NCBI GenBank assembly: GCA_963709935.1
Contig: CAVPYM010000012.1
Span: 110,761 to 174,760, forward strand
Length of the DNA: 64,000 nucleotides
Direction: 5' to 3'
Source: an uncultured Actinomycetes bacterium
Lineage (GTDB): Bacteria > Actinomycetota > Thermoleophilia > Solirubrobacterales > Solirubrobacteraceae
Part shown: piece after piece, positions 30,852 to 43,236 of the stretch
Position numbering within the stretch: the first letter of the stretch is position 1
Layout: each line of letters opens with the position of its first letter
Position numbers and translations under genes: made by a program
Notes under the pieces: generated by a model
The model's database searches: none
What the model was told of the DNA's origin: nothing
What the model saw: only the letters and a program-made list of their open reading frames with translations

Positions 30852-32880
30852 ATGCCGAAGTTCAAGCTCGAGGACATCTTCACGCCCGCCGCCGATCAGC
30901 CCAAGGCGATCCGCGAGATCTCGGCTGCCGTGACGCGCGGCGACCGCTTCACGACCCTGCTCGGGGCGACCGGCACCGGCAAGACGATGACGATGGCCGG
31001 CGTCATCCAGGAGCTGCAGCGCCCGACGCTGGTGCTGGCCCACAACAAGACGCTCGCCGCCCAGCTCTGCAACGAGTTCCGCACGTTCTTCCCGGACAAC
31101 GCGGTCGAGTACTTCGTCTCCTACTACGACTACTACCAGCCCGAGGCGTACGTCCCCTCGCGCGACCTGTACATCGAGAAGGACTCGGCGATCAACGAGG
31201 AGGTCGACCGGCTGCGCCACGCCGCCACCGCCGCGCTGTTCGCCCGCCGCGACGTGATCATCGTCGCGAGCGTCTCCGCCATCTTCGGCCTCGGCTCGCC
31301 GGAGACCTACGAGATGAACATGCAGGTCCTGCGCAAGGGCGACGTCATCGACCGCGACGCGCTGCTGCGCAAGCTCGTCTCGATCCAGTACCAGCGCAAC
31401 GACACCGCGCTCGGACGCGGCACGTTCCGCGTGCGCGGCGAGACGCTCGAGGTGTTCCCGGCCTACGAGGAGACGGCGTTCCGGGCCACCCTGTTCGGCG
31501 ACGAGGTCGAGCGCCTGCAGCACTTCGACCCGCTCACCGGCGAGCTGATCGCCGACGACCTCGAGCACGTCGCGGTCTGGCCGGCGACGCACTACAACGT
31601 CAAGGAGGGCAGCATCGACCGCGCGGTCACCGAGATCGCGCGCGAGCTCAACAACCGCTGCCTGCAGCTCGAGGCCGAGGGCAAGCTGCTGGAGTCGCAC
31701 CGCCTGCGCCAGCGCACGCAGTACGACATGGAGATGCTGCGCGAGATGGGCTTCTGCAACGGCATCGAGAACTACTCGCGGATCCTCGACGGCCGTGAGC
31801 CGGGCGCCCGCCCGTACTGCCTGATCGACTACTTCCCCGAGGACTTCGTGTGCTTCCTCGACGAGTCGCACCAGACCGTGCCGCAGATCGGCGGCATGTT
31901 CGAGGGCGACCGCTCGCGCAAGCAGACGCTCGTCGACTACGGCTTCCGGCTGCCGAGCGCGCTCGACAACCGCCCGCAGAAGTTCGACGAGTTCCTCACG
32001 ATCACGCCGACGCTGGTGTTCGTCTCCGCCACGCCCGGCAAGTACGAGAAGGCCCACTCGGGCCAGGTCGTCGAGCAGATCGTCCGCCCGACGGGGATCG
32101 TCGACCCGATGGTCGAGGTGCGCGAGACGCGCAACCAGATCGACGACCTCATGAACGAGATCCGCATCGTCGTCGACCGCGGCGAGCGCACGCTCGTCAC
32201 GACGCTGACCAAGAAGATGAGCGAGGACCTCACCGACTACCTGCTGGAGATGGGCTTCAAGGTCCGCTACCTGCACTCCGAGATCGACACGCTCGAGCGC
32301 ATCCAGATCATCCGCGACCTGCGGCTGGGCGAGTACGACGTGCTCGTCGGCGTCAACCTGCTGCGCGAGGGCCTCGACCTGCCGGAGGTCTCGCTCGTGG
32401 CGATCCTCGACGCCGACAAGGAGGGCTTCCTGCGCGGGGAGACCTCGCTCATCCAGACGATCGGCCGCGCCGCGCGCAACATCGAGGGCAAGGTCGCTCA
32501 TGTACGCCGACAAGGAGACCGATGCGATGCGCGCCGCGCTCGGCGAGACCGACCGCCGCCGCGCGATCCAGCTCGCCTACAACGAGGAGCACGGCATCAC
32601 CGCCGCGACGATCGTCAAGGGGATCTCGGACATCGCGGAGTTCCTGCAGTCGGAGTCCAAGGTGCCCGGCAAGGGCGGCAAGCGGCGCCGGCGGGCGGCC
32701 AAGCGCACCGTCGAGGCGATGTCGCTGTCCGAGCTCGAGCAGACGCTCGTCGAGCTCGAGGAGGAGATGCTCGCCGCCGCCGAGGAGCTGCGCTTCGAGT
32801 ACGCCGCCCGGATCCGCGACGAGATCCGCGACCTGCGCCGCGAGCTGCTGACCGCGCAGGCCAACGAGGCGCCGGCCTGA
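30852..32880 (+). pseudogene. uvrB: excinuclease ABC subunit B, interrupted by a single-nt frameshift near 32497
   Basis: Track ORF 30852.. reads canonical UvrB up to '[12 protein letters not shown]'. The canonical continuation '[11 protein letters not shown]...[14 protein letters not shown]' is ORF 32500..32880 in the next frame. Four nt (GCTC) sit where three are expected. Confidence 0.9.
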
Positions 32881-32939
32881 ACCCGCGCGCGGCCGGGGCG
32901 GCGGGTGGCGGCGCGCCCGCAGGCAGTAGCGTGGGCGCG

Positions 32940-33431
32940 ATGACCGGCCACCGAGGCATCGAGACGACGACCGCAGCGCTGATCGCCCTGCTCACGCAGG
33001 CGGTCGCCACCAGCGGCCTGCCGGCGATCCGCTGCGCCGCCTACCGCGCCGCCGATCTGACCGCGCCGATGGGCGAGGGCATCTCGCTGTACCTGCATCA
33101 CGTGAGCCTCGACACCACCCGTGACCACCCTGCGTCCGCCGGCGGCGTCAGCCGGACCGCGGCGCTCGAGCTGCACTACCTGCTGACCGCATGGTCGCCG
33201 CAGGCCGGGCGCCAGCAGCGCCTGCTCGGCTGGGCGATCGAGACGCTGCTCGCGACCCCGACCCTCACCGCCGACACGCTCAACGCCGACGAGGAGGTCT
33301 TCGCCGCCGGCGAGCAGGTCGTGCTGTCGTGGGAGCCGCTCGGGATCGAGCAGCTGGCCGCGATCTGGCAGGTGGCCCCGATGTCGCGCCAGCCGTCGGG
33401 CTCGTTCGTCGCCCGCTTCGCGCTGGGGTAG
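32940..33431 (+). CDS. DUF4255 (Pvc16_N-like) domain protein
   Basis: Tail of track ORF 30852..33431. Motifs 'ISLYLHHV', '[10 protein letters not shown]', '[12 protein letters not shown]', '[16 protein letters not shown]' and '[11 protein letters not shown]' follow the DUF4255 pattern. An alternative GTG start lies at 32931. Confidence 0.75.
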   Translation: MTGHRGIETTTAALIALLTQAVATSGLPAIRCAAYRAADLTAPMGEGISLYLHHVSLDTTRDHPASAGGVSRTAALELHYLLTAWSPQAGRQQRLLGWAIETLLATPTLTADTLNADEEVFAAGEQVVLSWEPLGIEQLAAIWQVAPMSRQPSGSFVARFALG

Positions 33432-33433
33432 CC

Positions 33434-34237
33434 GTGGCCGCGGGCCACGAGCCCCTGCAGGCCGCGGTCCTGGCCTGGTACGACCGGCACGGCCGCGACC
33501 TGCCGTGGCGGCGCACGCGCGATCCCTACGCGATCCTCGTCTCGGAGTTCATGGCCCAGCAGACGCAGGTCGCGCGCGTGCTCGAGCGCTACGAGCGCTG
33601 GCTGGCGCGCTGGCCGACGGCGGGCGACCTCGCCGCCGCGACGCCCGCCGAGGTCCTCACGGAGTGGGTCGGGCTGGGCTACAACCAGCGCGCTCTGCGG
33701 CTGCGGGCCGCGTGTGAGATCGTCGCCCGCGACGGCTGGCCGCGCGACAGCCGCGGCCTGCGCGCGCTGCCCGGGGTCGGCCCGTACACGGCGGCGGCGG
33801 TCGCCTCGTTCGCCTTCGGCGAGCGCGCGGCCGCCGTCGACACGAACGTGCGGCGGGTCGCGGCGCGGCTGGGCGCCGGGCCGGAGGCGCTGCTGCCACG
33901 GGACCGCCACGACGACTGGAACCAGGCGGCGATGGAGCTCGGGGCGCGCGTCTGCACCGCCCGCGCGCCGCGCTGCACGGGCTGTCCGGCGGCGCCGTGG
34001 TGCCCGTCGCGCGGACGCGTCGAGCCTGCCGCGCGGGCCCCGCGCGGGCCGCGGCCGCGCTTCGAGGAGACCGATCGCTGGGCGCGCGGCCGGGTCGTGG
34101 CCGCGCTCGCCGCCGGGACCGACCCGCCGCAGGCGATCGCGCCCGAGCGGCTGGAGCGCGTGCTCGCGGGGCTCGAGCGCGACGGCCTCGTCGAGCGCCG
34201 CGGTACGGTGCTGGGACTCCCGGGCGCTCCGCGCTAG
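33434..34237 (+). CDS. mutY: A/G-specific adenine DNA glycosylase-like (HhH-GPD, Fe-S), short form without NUDIX-like domain
   Basis: The in-frame GTG 33434 gives 'LAWYDRHGRDLPWRRTRDPYAILVSEFMAQQTQV'. HhH 'LPGVGPYTAAAV' and a Cx6Cx2Cx5C cluster are present. Confidence 0.8.
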   Translation: MAAGHEPLQAAVLAWYDRHGRDLPWRRTRDPYAILVSEFMAQQTQVARVLERYERWLARWPTAGDLAAATPAEVLTEWVGLGYNQRALRLRAACEIVARDGWPRDSRGLRALPGVGPYTAAAVASFAFGERAAAVDTNVRRVAARLGAGPEALLPRDRHDDWNQAAMELGARVCTARAPRCTGCPAAPWCPSRGRVEPAARAPRGPRPRFEETDRWARGRVVAALAAGTDPPQAIAPERLERVLAGLERDGLVERRGTVLGLPGAPR

Positions 34238-34286
34238 GGTCTGGCTCGCTCGTCCGTCCGTCTGCGAAGAAACTCCCGGAGGCACC

Positions 34287-35132
34287 TTGGCCCTCGACCG
34301 CCAGTCCATCGAGAAGCGAGACTTTCCCATCGGCCGCCGCGGCTACGAGCCGGCGGCCGTCGACGCGCACCTCGCCACCGTCGCGCGCGAGGTCGAGGCC
34401 CTCAAGCGCGCCAAGCCGAGCGGGCCGGCGGCGCCCGCCGAGGGCCGCCGTGGGGGCGAGTCGCTGGCCAGCGTCGCCAGCGCCCAGGTGCAGGCGATCG
34501 TCGAGGCCGCCGAGGGCAGTGCCTACGCGATCGAGCGCGAGGCCCGCGACAACGCCGAGCAGGCGGCCAAGGACGCGGCTCGCGACGCGCAGCGCACCCG
34601 CGACGACGCGGTCGAGCGCTCCCAGGAGCACGTCGGCAAGGTCCACGAGGCGACTGCGCTCATGCTGCAGCGCGTCGACGCGATGGAGAGCGAGCTCAGC
34701 GCGCTGGTCGAGTCCCTGCGCACTGGCGCCAACCGCCTGAACGCCGACCTGTCGCTGCTGTCGGGCAACATGGGCGAGCTCTACGACGCCTCCGGCCGCG
34801 CGTCGCGCCACGACGATGCGCCGCCGCTCGTCGAGGATATGGACATCGTCGAGGACGCCCCCGCCGCCACCGAGCCGCCGCCGGAGCCCGCGGCCGCCCC
34901 GGTCGTTGCGCCCGCTGCGCCCCGCCCGCGCGCCGTGGCCCCGGTCGCCGACGCCGCCCCCGCCGTGGGCGCCGACGATGACGACGACGTCGAGGGCGCG
35001 CGCCTGATCGCGCTCAACATGGCGCTCAACGGGCAGTCGCGCGAGGAGACCGACAGGTACCTGGCCGAGAACTTCGACCTCAGCGACCGCGCGGCGCTGC
35101 TCGACGAGGTCTACGCCACCGTCGAGGGGTAG
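34287..35132 (+). CDS. DivIVA-domain protein
   Basis: TTG start 6 nt after GGAGG. Opens '[27 protein letters not shown]', the DivIVA N-terminal signature, followed by a coiled-coil and a Pro/Ala-rich region. Confidence 0.75.
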   Translation: MALDRQSIEKRDFPIGRRGYEPAAVDAHLATVAREVEALKRAKPSGPAAPAEGRRGGESLASVASAQVQAIVEAAEGSAYAIEREARDNAEQAAKDAARDAQRTRDDAVERSQEHVGKVHEATALMLQRVDAMESELSALVESLRTGANRLNADLSLLSGNMGELYDASGRASRHDDAPPLVEDMDIVEDAPAATEPPPEPAAAPVVAPAAPRPRAVAPVADAAPAVGADDDDDVEGARLIALNMALNGQSREETDRYLAENFDLSDRAALLDEVYATVEG

Positions 35133-35147
35133 CGCCGGTCGCGGCGT

Positions 35148-35316
35148 TCAGCCGCCGGCGTCGGGCGAGCCGAGGCGCTCGCGCAGCCGCGGCCGCGGCT
35201 CGTCGAGCCTGTGCTCGCCGCGCAGCGCAGCGGCGTGCTCGGCGGGCCGGCGTGCGCGTGGACTGCGCGTGCCGCTCCGCGCAGCGCGACGCAGCTCCGC
35301 GCGCGCTCGTCGAAGT
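35148..35316 (-). pseudogene. short Clp_N-like remnant requiring one frameshift
   Basis: The minus-strand ATG at 35316 opens '[28 protein letters not shown]', a ClpC-type N-terminus. The Clp_N-like continuation '(P)[10 protein letters not shown]...LRERLG' lies in the adjacent frame (track ORF 35148..35345). Confidence 0.3.
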
Positions 35317-35372
35317 GCTCGAACATCGCACCGATCGTCGCACAATGCGGGGACGGCGCCGGGGACCGGATC

Positions 35373-35386
35373 CGAACGTCTGTTCG
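35373..35386. promoter_or_regulatory. LexA (SOS/Cheo-type) box CGAACGTCTGTTCG upstream of uvrA
   Basis: Perfect CGAAC-N4-GTTCG palindrome 19 nt upstream of the uvrA start, overlapping the -35 position. Confidence 0.7.
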
Positions 35387-35392
35387 CCCTTC

Positions 35393-35398
35393 TACAAT
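35393..35398 (+). promoter_or_regulatory. candidate -10 hexamer TACAAT for leaderless uvrA
   Basis: TACAAT-ggcggg-GTG(35405) with no SD. Confidence 0.5.
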
Positions 35399-35404
35399 GG
35401 CGGG

Positions 35405-38293
<2,889 letters not shown>

Positions 38294-38451
38294 GCGGGAG
38301 CCACGACATCCACTCACGCGGGGCGGCGAGCCGGATTCGGCATGTGCCTCGACCCGGGGAGTGGGCGCTGCGCACGCTCACGCCGCGCCCCCTGACGCGG
38401 CCCGACCACCCGCCGCCGCGCGGCCAGCGCGTGCCATAGCCTCAAGCGCCG

Positions 38452-39033
38452 ATGCAGAAGCTCGCACGCCAGTCCCTGCTCTGGGCCCAGAAGTGGCGCT
38501 GGTATCAGCGCAACGTCCTGCCGCACAACCGCGCACGAATCCACTGGGAGCTCATGCGCCGCGAGGCGTTCGCGCGCTGGCCGCTGCACGGCAACGTCCT
38601 CGAGGCGCTGCGCGACGGGCGCCTGCAGATCGGCGCGAACACGCTCTTCGAGCCCGATGTGTGGATCACGATCGGCGACGACGCGACCGTCCGGATCGGG
38701 GAGGGCACCTTCCTGAACATCGCGGTGATGGTCGCCGCGCACGAGCACGTCGAGATCGGCTCGCACTGCATGCTCGCCAACGGCTGCTTCGTGACCGACG
38801 CCAACCACCGCTTCGACGACCCCGACAAGCCCGTCCCGTGGCAGGGCTTCACGTCGAAGGGGCCGACGCGGATCGGCGACAACGTCTGGCTCGGCGCCAA
38901 CGTCGTCGTCACGAGCGGGGTGACGATCGGCGAGCGCTGCGTGATCGGCGCCAACAGCGTCGTGACGCAGGACATCCCGCCGTTCTCGATCGCCGGGGGG
39001 GCGCCGGCGAAGGTGCTGCGCGCGGTCAGATGA
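38452..39033 (+). CDS. left-handed beta-helix (hexapeptide-repeat) acetyltransferase
   Basis: Hexapeptide repeats 'IGDNVWLGANVVVTSGVTIGERCVIGANSVV'. Confidence 0.8.
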   Translation: MQKLARQSLLWAQKWRWYQRNVLPHNRARIHWELMRREAFARWPLHGNVLEALRDGRLQIGANTLFEPDVWITIGDDATVRIGEGTFLNIAVMVAAHEHVEIGSHCMLANGCFVTDANHRFDDPDKPVPWQGFTSKGPTRIGDNVWLGANVVVTSGVTIGERCVIGANSVVTQDIPPFSIAGGAPAKVLRAVR

Positions 39034-39202
39034 GCGATCTCGACGCCATCGAGCGAGATCTGCTCGCCGAGCGGATCGCGCGCGGGTGGTCCGGGGCTCG
39101 GCCGCGAGCCCACGATCGCCGACATCGCCTGGTTCTCCACACCCCGGCCGGCGACGACGCGGTGGCCGCCGCCGGCTGCGCGACCGCTCGCCGCCGCGCC
39201 GC

Positions 39203-40168
39203 TCAGCCGCCGAAGCGACCCTGCAACGCGAACACGTTGTCGACGTAGCGCCTGGTGTCCTCGAACAGCCCGCGCGAGCGCACCGACGCGAGCCCCTGGT
39301 AGTACGCGGCCGCCGCCATGCGCGCGTCGCCGCCCGTCTCGCGCAGCAGCGAGGCGAGGTACAGCGAGCCGGCGCGGACGTTGTCGGAGGCCGAGGCCGG
39401 GTCCAGCGGGCCGGGGGCGAGGTTGCGGTTCACCCAGTCCCAGGTGCCGGGCAGGATCTGCATCACCCCGCGCGCGTTGGCCGACGAGACCGCGGCGTTG
39501 TTGAAGCCGCTCTCCTGCCAGGCGATCGCCGCCGCCAGCGCCCCCGGCGCGCCGTGCTGGACCGCCAGCGCCTTGATCTGCGCGCTGTCCAGGTGGGCCG
39601 CGGTGGGCATCGGGTTGGCCCGTGGGATGACGCGCGCCGCCGGGGCGGGCATCGCTGCGCGCGCCGGCGCGGGCGCCCCGCTCGGCAGCTTGAGCACCGT
39701 GCCGATGAGCAGGTGGGCGTCAGCCGCGAGGCCGTTCATGTAGGCCATCTGCGCCGCCGCCACGCCGGTCTGCGCGGCGAGCGCGCTCAGCGTGTCGCCG
39801 GGGCGGACGATGTAGGCGCCCAGCGCCTGGGGCGCGCCTGCCGCGGCAGCCTGCGGCGCGGCCCGCACCGCCGCGCCCGCCGCCGCGGGCGGAGCGACCT
39901 TCGGCGCGGCGGGGACGATCCCGGCGCCGGCGAGCGCCGCCCGGCCCTCGGCGACGTCGGGGATCTTGATCGTCGAGCCGAGCACGACGTGCGCGTTCTC
40001 GCCGAGGCCGTTGTAGGCCGCGACCGTGCGGGTCGTCAGGTTGGACTGGGCGGCGATCGTCCAGAGCGTCTCGCCGGGCATGACCGCGTGCAGGACGTGG
40101 GCGTGCGCGGCCGGCGCCGCGAGCAGCGCGATCGCCCCCGCAGCGAGGCTGCTTCGCAGTGCGCGCAT
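39203..40168 (-). CDS. secreted LysM-repeat lytic transglycosylase
   Basis: Signal peptide '...LLAAPAAHA'. LysM repeats ('VMPGETLWTIA', 'VRPGDTLSALA'). SLT motif 'AWQESGFN...ARGVMQILPGTW'. Confidence 0.85.
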   Translation of the reverse strand: MRALRSSLAAGAIALLAAPAAHAHVLHAVMPGETLWTIAAQSNLTTRTVAAYNGLGENAHVVLGSTIKIPDVAEGRAALAGAGIVPAAPKVAPPAAAGAAVRAAPQAAAAGAPQALGAYIVRPGDTLSALAAQTGVAAAQMAYMNGLAADAHLLIGTVLKLPSGAPAPARAAMPAPAARVIPRANPMPTAAHLDSAQIKALAVQHGAPGALAAAIAWQESGFNNAAVSSANARGVMQILPGTWDWVNRNLAPGPLDPASASDNVRAGSLYLASLLRETGGDARMAAAAYYQGLASVRSRGLFEDTRRYVDNVFALQGRFGG

Positions 40169-40288
40169 GGGGTTCCTCTCGTGGCTGATGTGGTCACCAT
40201 GCCTCGCGAGCGGCGGGTTTTCACATCTGCGCGCGGAGTTACGACGCCCTGCACGTCACGGTGCAGCGGCTGGGCCGGCCGCCGCGGC

Positions 40289-40528
40289 TCAGCCCTTGGC
40301 GGTGGTGACGATCAGCCCGAGCACGATCGCCGCCACGAACAGCGTCCCGCCGAGCGTCGCCATGACGACGTGCAGCGCCGCCATCGCGTTGCGCCCCTCG
40401 CGGCGCGCCTCGCCCGCCCGCGCCGTCCCGTAGACGACGAGGCCCCAGGCCGTCACGACCGTGATGGCGGCCAGCGGCGCGGCCCAGACGAGCTCGAGCA
40501 GCGCGGCGGAGTCGACGCTCCAGATCAT
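40289..40528 (-). CDS. small membrane protein (79 aa) coupled to pit
   Basis: ATGA overlap with the pit stop. Two TM helices. Confidence 0.45.
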   Translation of the reverse strand: MIWSVDSAALLELVWAAPLAAITVVTAWGLVVYGTARAGEARREGRNAMAALHVVMATLGGTLFVAAIVLGLIVTTAKG

Positions 40529-41658
40529 GTGTCCGCCCGTGCCGCCGGGGCGGCCGGCGGCGGCGCGGCGATCGGCGGACCCTGCCGCAGCCGCTGGCCG
40601 AACATGGCCGCGATGAGCATCAGCAGGCTGACCGAGATCAGCAGCGGCCCGAGCGCGCCGGTGCCGAAGATCCGGCTCACGCCGTAGGTCACGGCGCCGA
40701 CCGCCGCCGCCGCCGGCAGCGTCAGCACCCACGCGACGGCGATGTTGCCGGCCAGGCCCCAACGGACCGCGGACAGGTTCTTCGCCGCGCCGGCGCCGAG
40801 CACGGCGCCGGTGATCGAGTGCGTCGTCGACAGCGGAAAGCCGAGGTGCGACGCGGTCAGCAGCACCGCCGCGCCGCCGCCCTGGGCGGCGAAGCCCTGC
40901 GCCGGGTCCATCTTGTAGATCTTGCTGCCCATCGTGCGGATGATCCGCCAGCCGCCGGTGTAGGTGCCGAGCGCGATCGCCGTCGCCGCCGAGACGATGA
41001 CCCAGAACGGCGGGTCCGGGCTCGGCCCTTCGAGCGTCCCGTGGGCGACGAGCGCGAGCGTGATGATGCCCATCGTCTTCTGCGCGTCGTTCGTGCCGTG
41101 CGACAGCGACAGCAGGCTGGCGCTGGCGATCTGCCCCAGGCGGTAGCCGCGGTTGACCGAGCCCGGCCGCAGCCGGCCCACCATCCGGTAGGTGATCAGG
41201 ATGCAGATGCCGGCGGTCAGGAACGCGACGACCGGCGCCACGAGCGCCGGCACGATGACCTTCTCCAGCAGGCCGCCGCCGAAGATCGCGTCGGGCCCGC
41301 TGGCGGCGAGCGCGGCGCCGACGACGCCGCCGATGAGCGCGTGCGAGGAGCTCGACGGCAGCCCGAAGAACCAGGTCACGAGGTTCCAGGTGATCGCGCC
41401 GATCAGCCCGGCGAAGATCACCGTGGTCGTGACCAGATCGGCGTCGACGATCCCGCCGGCCACGGTCGCCGCCACCTTGATCGAGATGAAGGCGCCGACG
41501 AAGTTCAGGATCGCCGACAGGCTGACCGCCGTCTTGGGCGCGAGCGCACGCGTGGAGATCGACGTCGCCACCGCGTTGGCGGTGTCGTGAAAGCCGTTCG
41601 TGAAGTCGAACGCGAGCGCCGTCGCGACGACGATCACCAGGATGATGTCGCTATCCAC
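40525..41658 (-). CDS. pit: inorganic phosphate transporter, PiT family
   Basis: 'FDFTNGFHDTANAVATSI' and a second 'GTNDAQKTMG' PHO4 motif. Confidence 0.92.
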   Translation of the reverse strand: MDSDIILVIVVATALAFDFTNGFHDTANAVATSISTRALAPKTAVSLSAILNFVGAFISIKVAATVAGGIVDADLVTTTVIFAGLIGAITWNLVTWFFGLPSSSSHALIGGVVGAALAASGPDAIFGGGLLEKVIVPALVAPVVAFLTAGICILITYRMVGRLRPGSVNRGYRLGQIASASLLSLSHGTNDAQKTMGIITLALVAHGTLEGPSPDPPFWVIVSAATAIALGTYTGGWRIIRTMGSKIYKMDPAQGFAAQGGGAAVLLTASHLGFPLSTTHSITGAVLGAGAAKNLSAVRWGLAGNIAVAWVLTLPAAAAVGAVTYGVSRIFGTGALGPLLISVSLLMLIAAMFGQRLRQGPPIAAPPPAAPAARADT

Positions 41659-41678
41659 GAGCTAGCCGAGGAAGAGGA

Positions 41679-42305
41679 TCAGGAGTTCTTGACGACGATG
41701 TTCGCGATGACGTTCGCGATGTGCTCGGTGGCATCGACCGCCTCTTCCAGGCGCTCGAAGATGTCCTTCCAGCGAATCACGACCATCGGATCGATCCCGG
41801 TGTCGAACAAGGACGCCACGGCTTCCCGGGTGACCCGGTCGCCGTCGGTCTCCAGCCGGTGGATCTCGTTGGTGTAGTGCGTGACGTCCTGGAAGCCGCG
41901 CATGCGCGGGACGGCCTCGTTGATCTTGCGGCAGGCCTCCATGAGGATGTGCGCCAGGCGCTGAGCCTGCTCCATCGGCGCCTCGATGCGGTAGAGCCCG
42001 AGATAGTCGGCCACCTCCTCGGTGAGGTCGACGATGTCGTCCAGCCCCGACGCCAGCTCGAGGATGTCCTCGCGGTCGATCGGGGTCACGAACGTCGCGT
42101 TGAGCCGCTGGATGATGTCGTACGTGATCCGGTCGCCCTCCTGCTCGCAGAGCAGGATCGCCCGCGCGCAGCCGTGCGTCTCCGGAAACGAGCGCAGCAT
42201 CTCGTCGAGCAGCTCCGCGGCGCGCAGGACGTTGGCGGCCGACTCCTCGAAGAGACCGAAGAAGACGCGGTCCTTCGGGGCGAAGACCTGCGAGAGCCGA
42301 GCCAT
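41679..42305 (-). CDS. DUF47 (PhoU-like, TIGR00153) phosphate-transport accessory protein
   Basis: 208 aa helical protein directly upstream of pit. This is the conserved DUF47-PiT pair. Confidence 0.85.
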   Translation of the reverse strand: MARLSQVFAPKDRVFFGLFEESAANVLRAAELLDEMLRSFPETHGCARAILLCEQEGDRITYDIIQRLNATFVTPIDREDILELASGLDDIVDLTEEVADYLGLYRIEAPMEQAQRLAHILMEACRKINEAVPRMRGFQDVTHYTNEIHRLETDGDRVTREAVASLFDTGIDPMVVIRWKDIFERLEEAVDATEHIANVIANIVVKNS

Positions 42306-42342
42306 GGCCCGGACTCTAGTGGTCGCGGCCGATCAAGCCGGG

Positions 42343-43236
42343 CTACGCCTGCAGGCGCGCGCCGAAGGCCGCGAGCTCCTGGGCGTCGATCGCGTAGCCG
42401 TGCTCGGGCGCCGGGTAGCGGCGCGTTCGCACGTCGGCGGCGAACGACGCCACGCCCGCGACCATCTCGTCCTGGAGGCTGGCGTAGCGCTTGACGAAGC
42501 GCGCGCCGAGCCCCTCGCGGATGCCGAGCAGGTCGTGGAAGACCAGCACCTGCCCGTCGGTGGACGGGCCGGCGCCGATCCCGATCACCGGCACCGCGAT
42601 GCGCTGCATGATCACCGCGGCGACGTCCGACGGGATCGCCTCGAAGACGATCGAGAAGCAGCCGGCCGCCTGCAGCGCGAGCGCGTCCGCGGCCACGCGC
42701 GCGGCGGCCTCGGCGCTGCGGCCCTGCGCGCGGTAGCCGCCCAGGGCGGTCGCCGTCTGCGGGGTGAGGCCGACGTGGCCCATGACGGGGATCCCGGCGC
42801 GGGCGATCGCCTGCGCGCGGGCGCACGACGCCGGGCCGCCGCCCTCGAGCTTGATCGCGTCGCAGCCGGCCTCCTTGACGAAGCGCAGCGCCGTGGCGAC
42901 CGCCTGCTCGTCGGAGACCTCGTAGGAGCCGAACGGCAGGTCGCCGACCAGGAACGGCGTGCGCAGGCCGCGCCGCACGGCGCGGGCGAGCATCAGCATC
43001 TCGTCGAGCTCGACGCCGACCGTCGAGGGATAGCCGAGGACGGTCATCGCGCCCGAGTCGCCGACGAGCACGACATCGACGCCGGCGGCCTCGGCGGCGC
43101 GCGCGCCGGGGAAGTCGTAGGCGGTGACCATGACGATCGCCTCGCCCAGGCGCTTCATCTCGTTCAGGCGCGGCAGCGTGACCGGGAGGCGGTCGACGAC
43201 CGCGCTGGCGGCGATCTGGCTGGGGTGGCTGGACAT
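42343..43236 (-). CDS. panB: 3-methyl-2-oxobutanoate hydroxymethyltransferase
   Basis: 'VMVTAYDFPGA', 'VLVGDS', 'IKLEGG', 'MGHVGLTPQ'. Confidence 0.95.
   Translation of the reverse strand: MSSHPSQIAASAVVDRLPVTLPRLNEMKRLGEAIVMVTAYDFPGARAAEAAGVDVVLVGDSGAMTVLGYPSTVGVELDEMLMLARAVRRGLRTPFLVGDLPFGSYEVSDEQAVATALRFVKEAGCDAIKLEGGGPASCARAQAIARAGIPVMGHVGLTPQTATALGGYRAQGRSAEAAARVAADALALQAAGCFSIVFEAIPSDVAAVIMQRIAVPVIGIGAGPSTDGQVLVFHDLLGIREGLGARFVKRYASLQDEMVAGVASFAADVRTRRYPAPEHGYAIDAQELAAFGARLQA

Noticed and set aside
30852-33431. A single 859-aa protein as listed in the ORF track.
   Set aside because: It is a chimera. It comprises authentic UvrB up to ~32497, out-of-frame read-through of the uvrB 3' end and intergenic DNA, and then the in-frame DUF4255 gene.
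39031-39248. Small ORF 'MSDLDAIERDLLAERIARGW...' starting at the acetyltransferase stop.
   Set aside because: It runs into and overlaps the 3' end of the convergent LysM gene, has weaker third-position bias, and has no recognisable domain.
40169-40288. A c-di-AMP (ydaO-type) riboswitch in the ~120-nt leader of the LysM lytic transglycosylase gene, a common actinobacterial arrangement.
   Set aside because: I could not find the conserved ydaO segments (for example ...GGGGA..., ...GUGAAUC..., ...AGCUAACCUCGUAAGCG...) on the minus strand, and the leader is short. A cmsearch with RF00379 would settle it. A hit above the gathering threshold would overturn this rejection.
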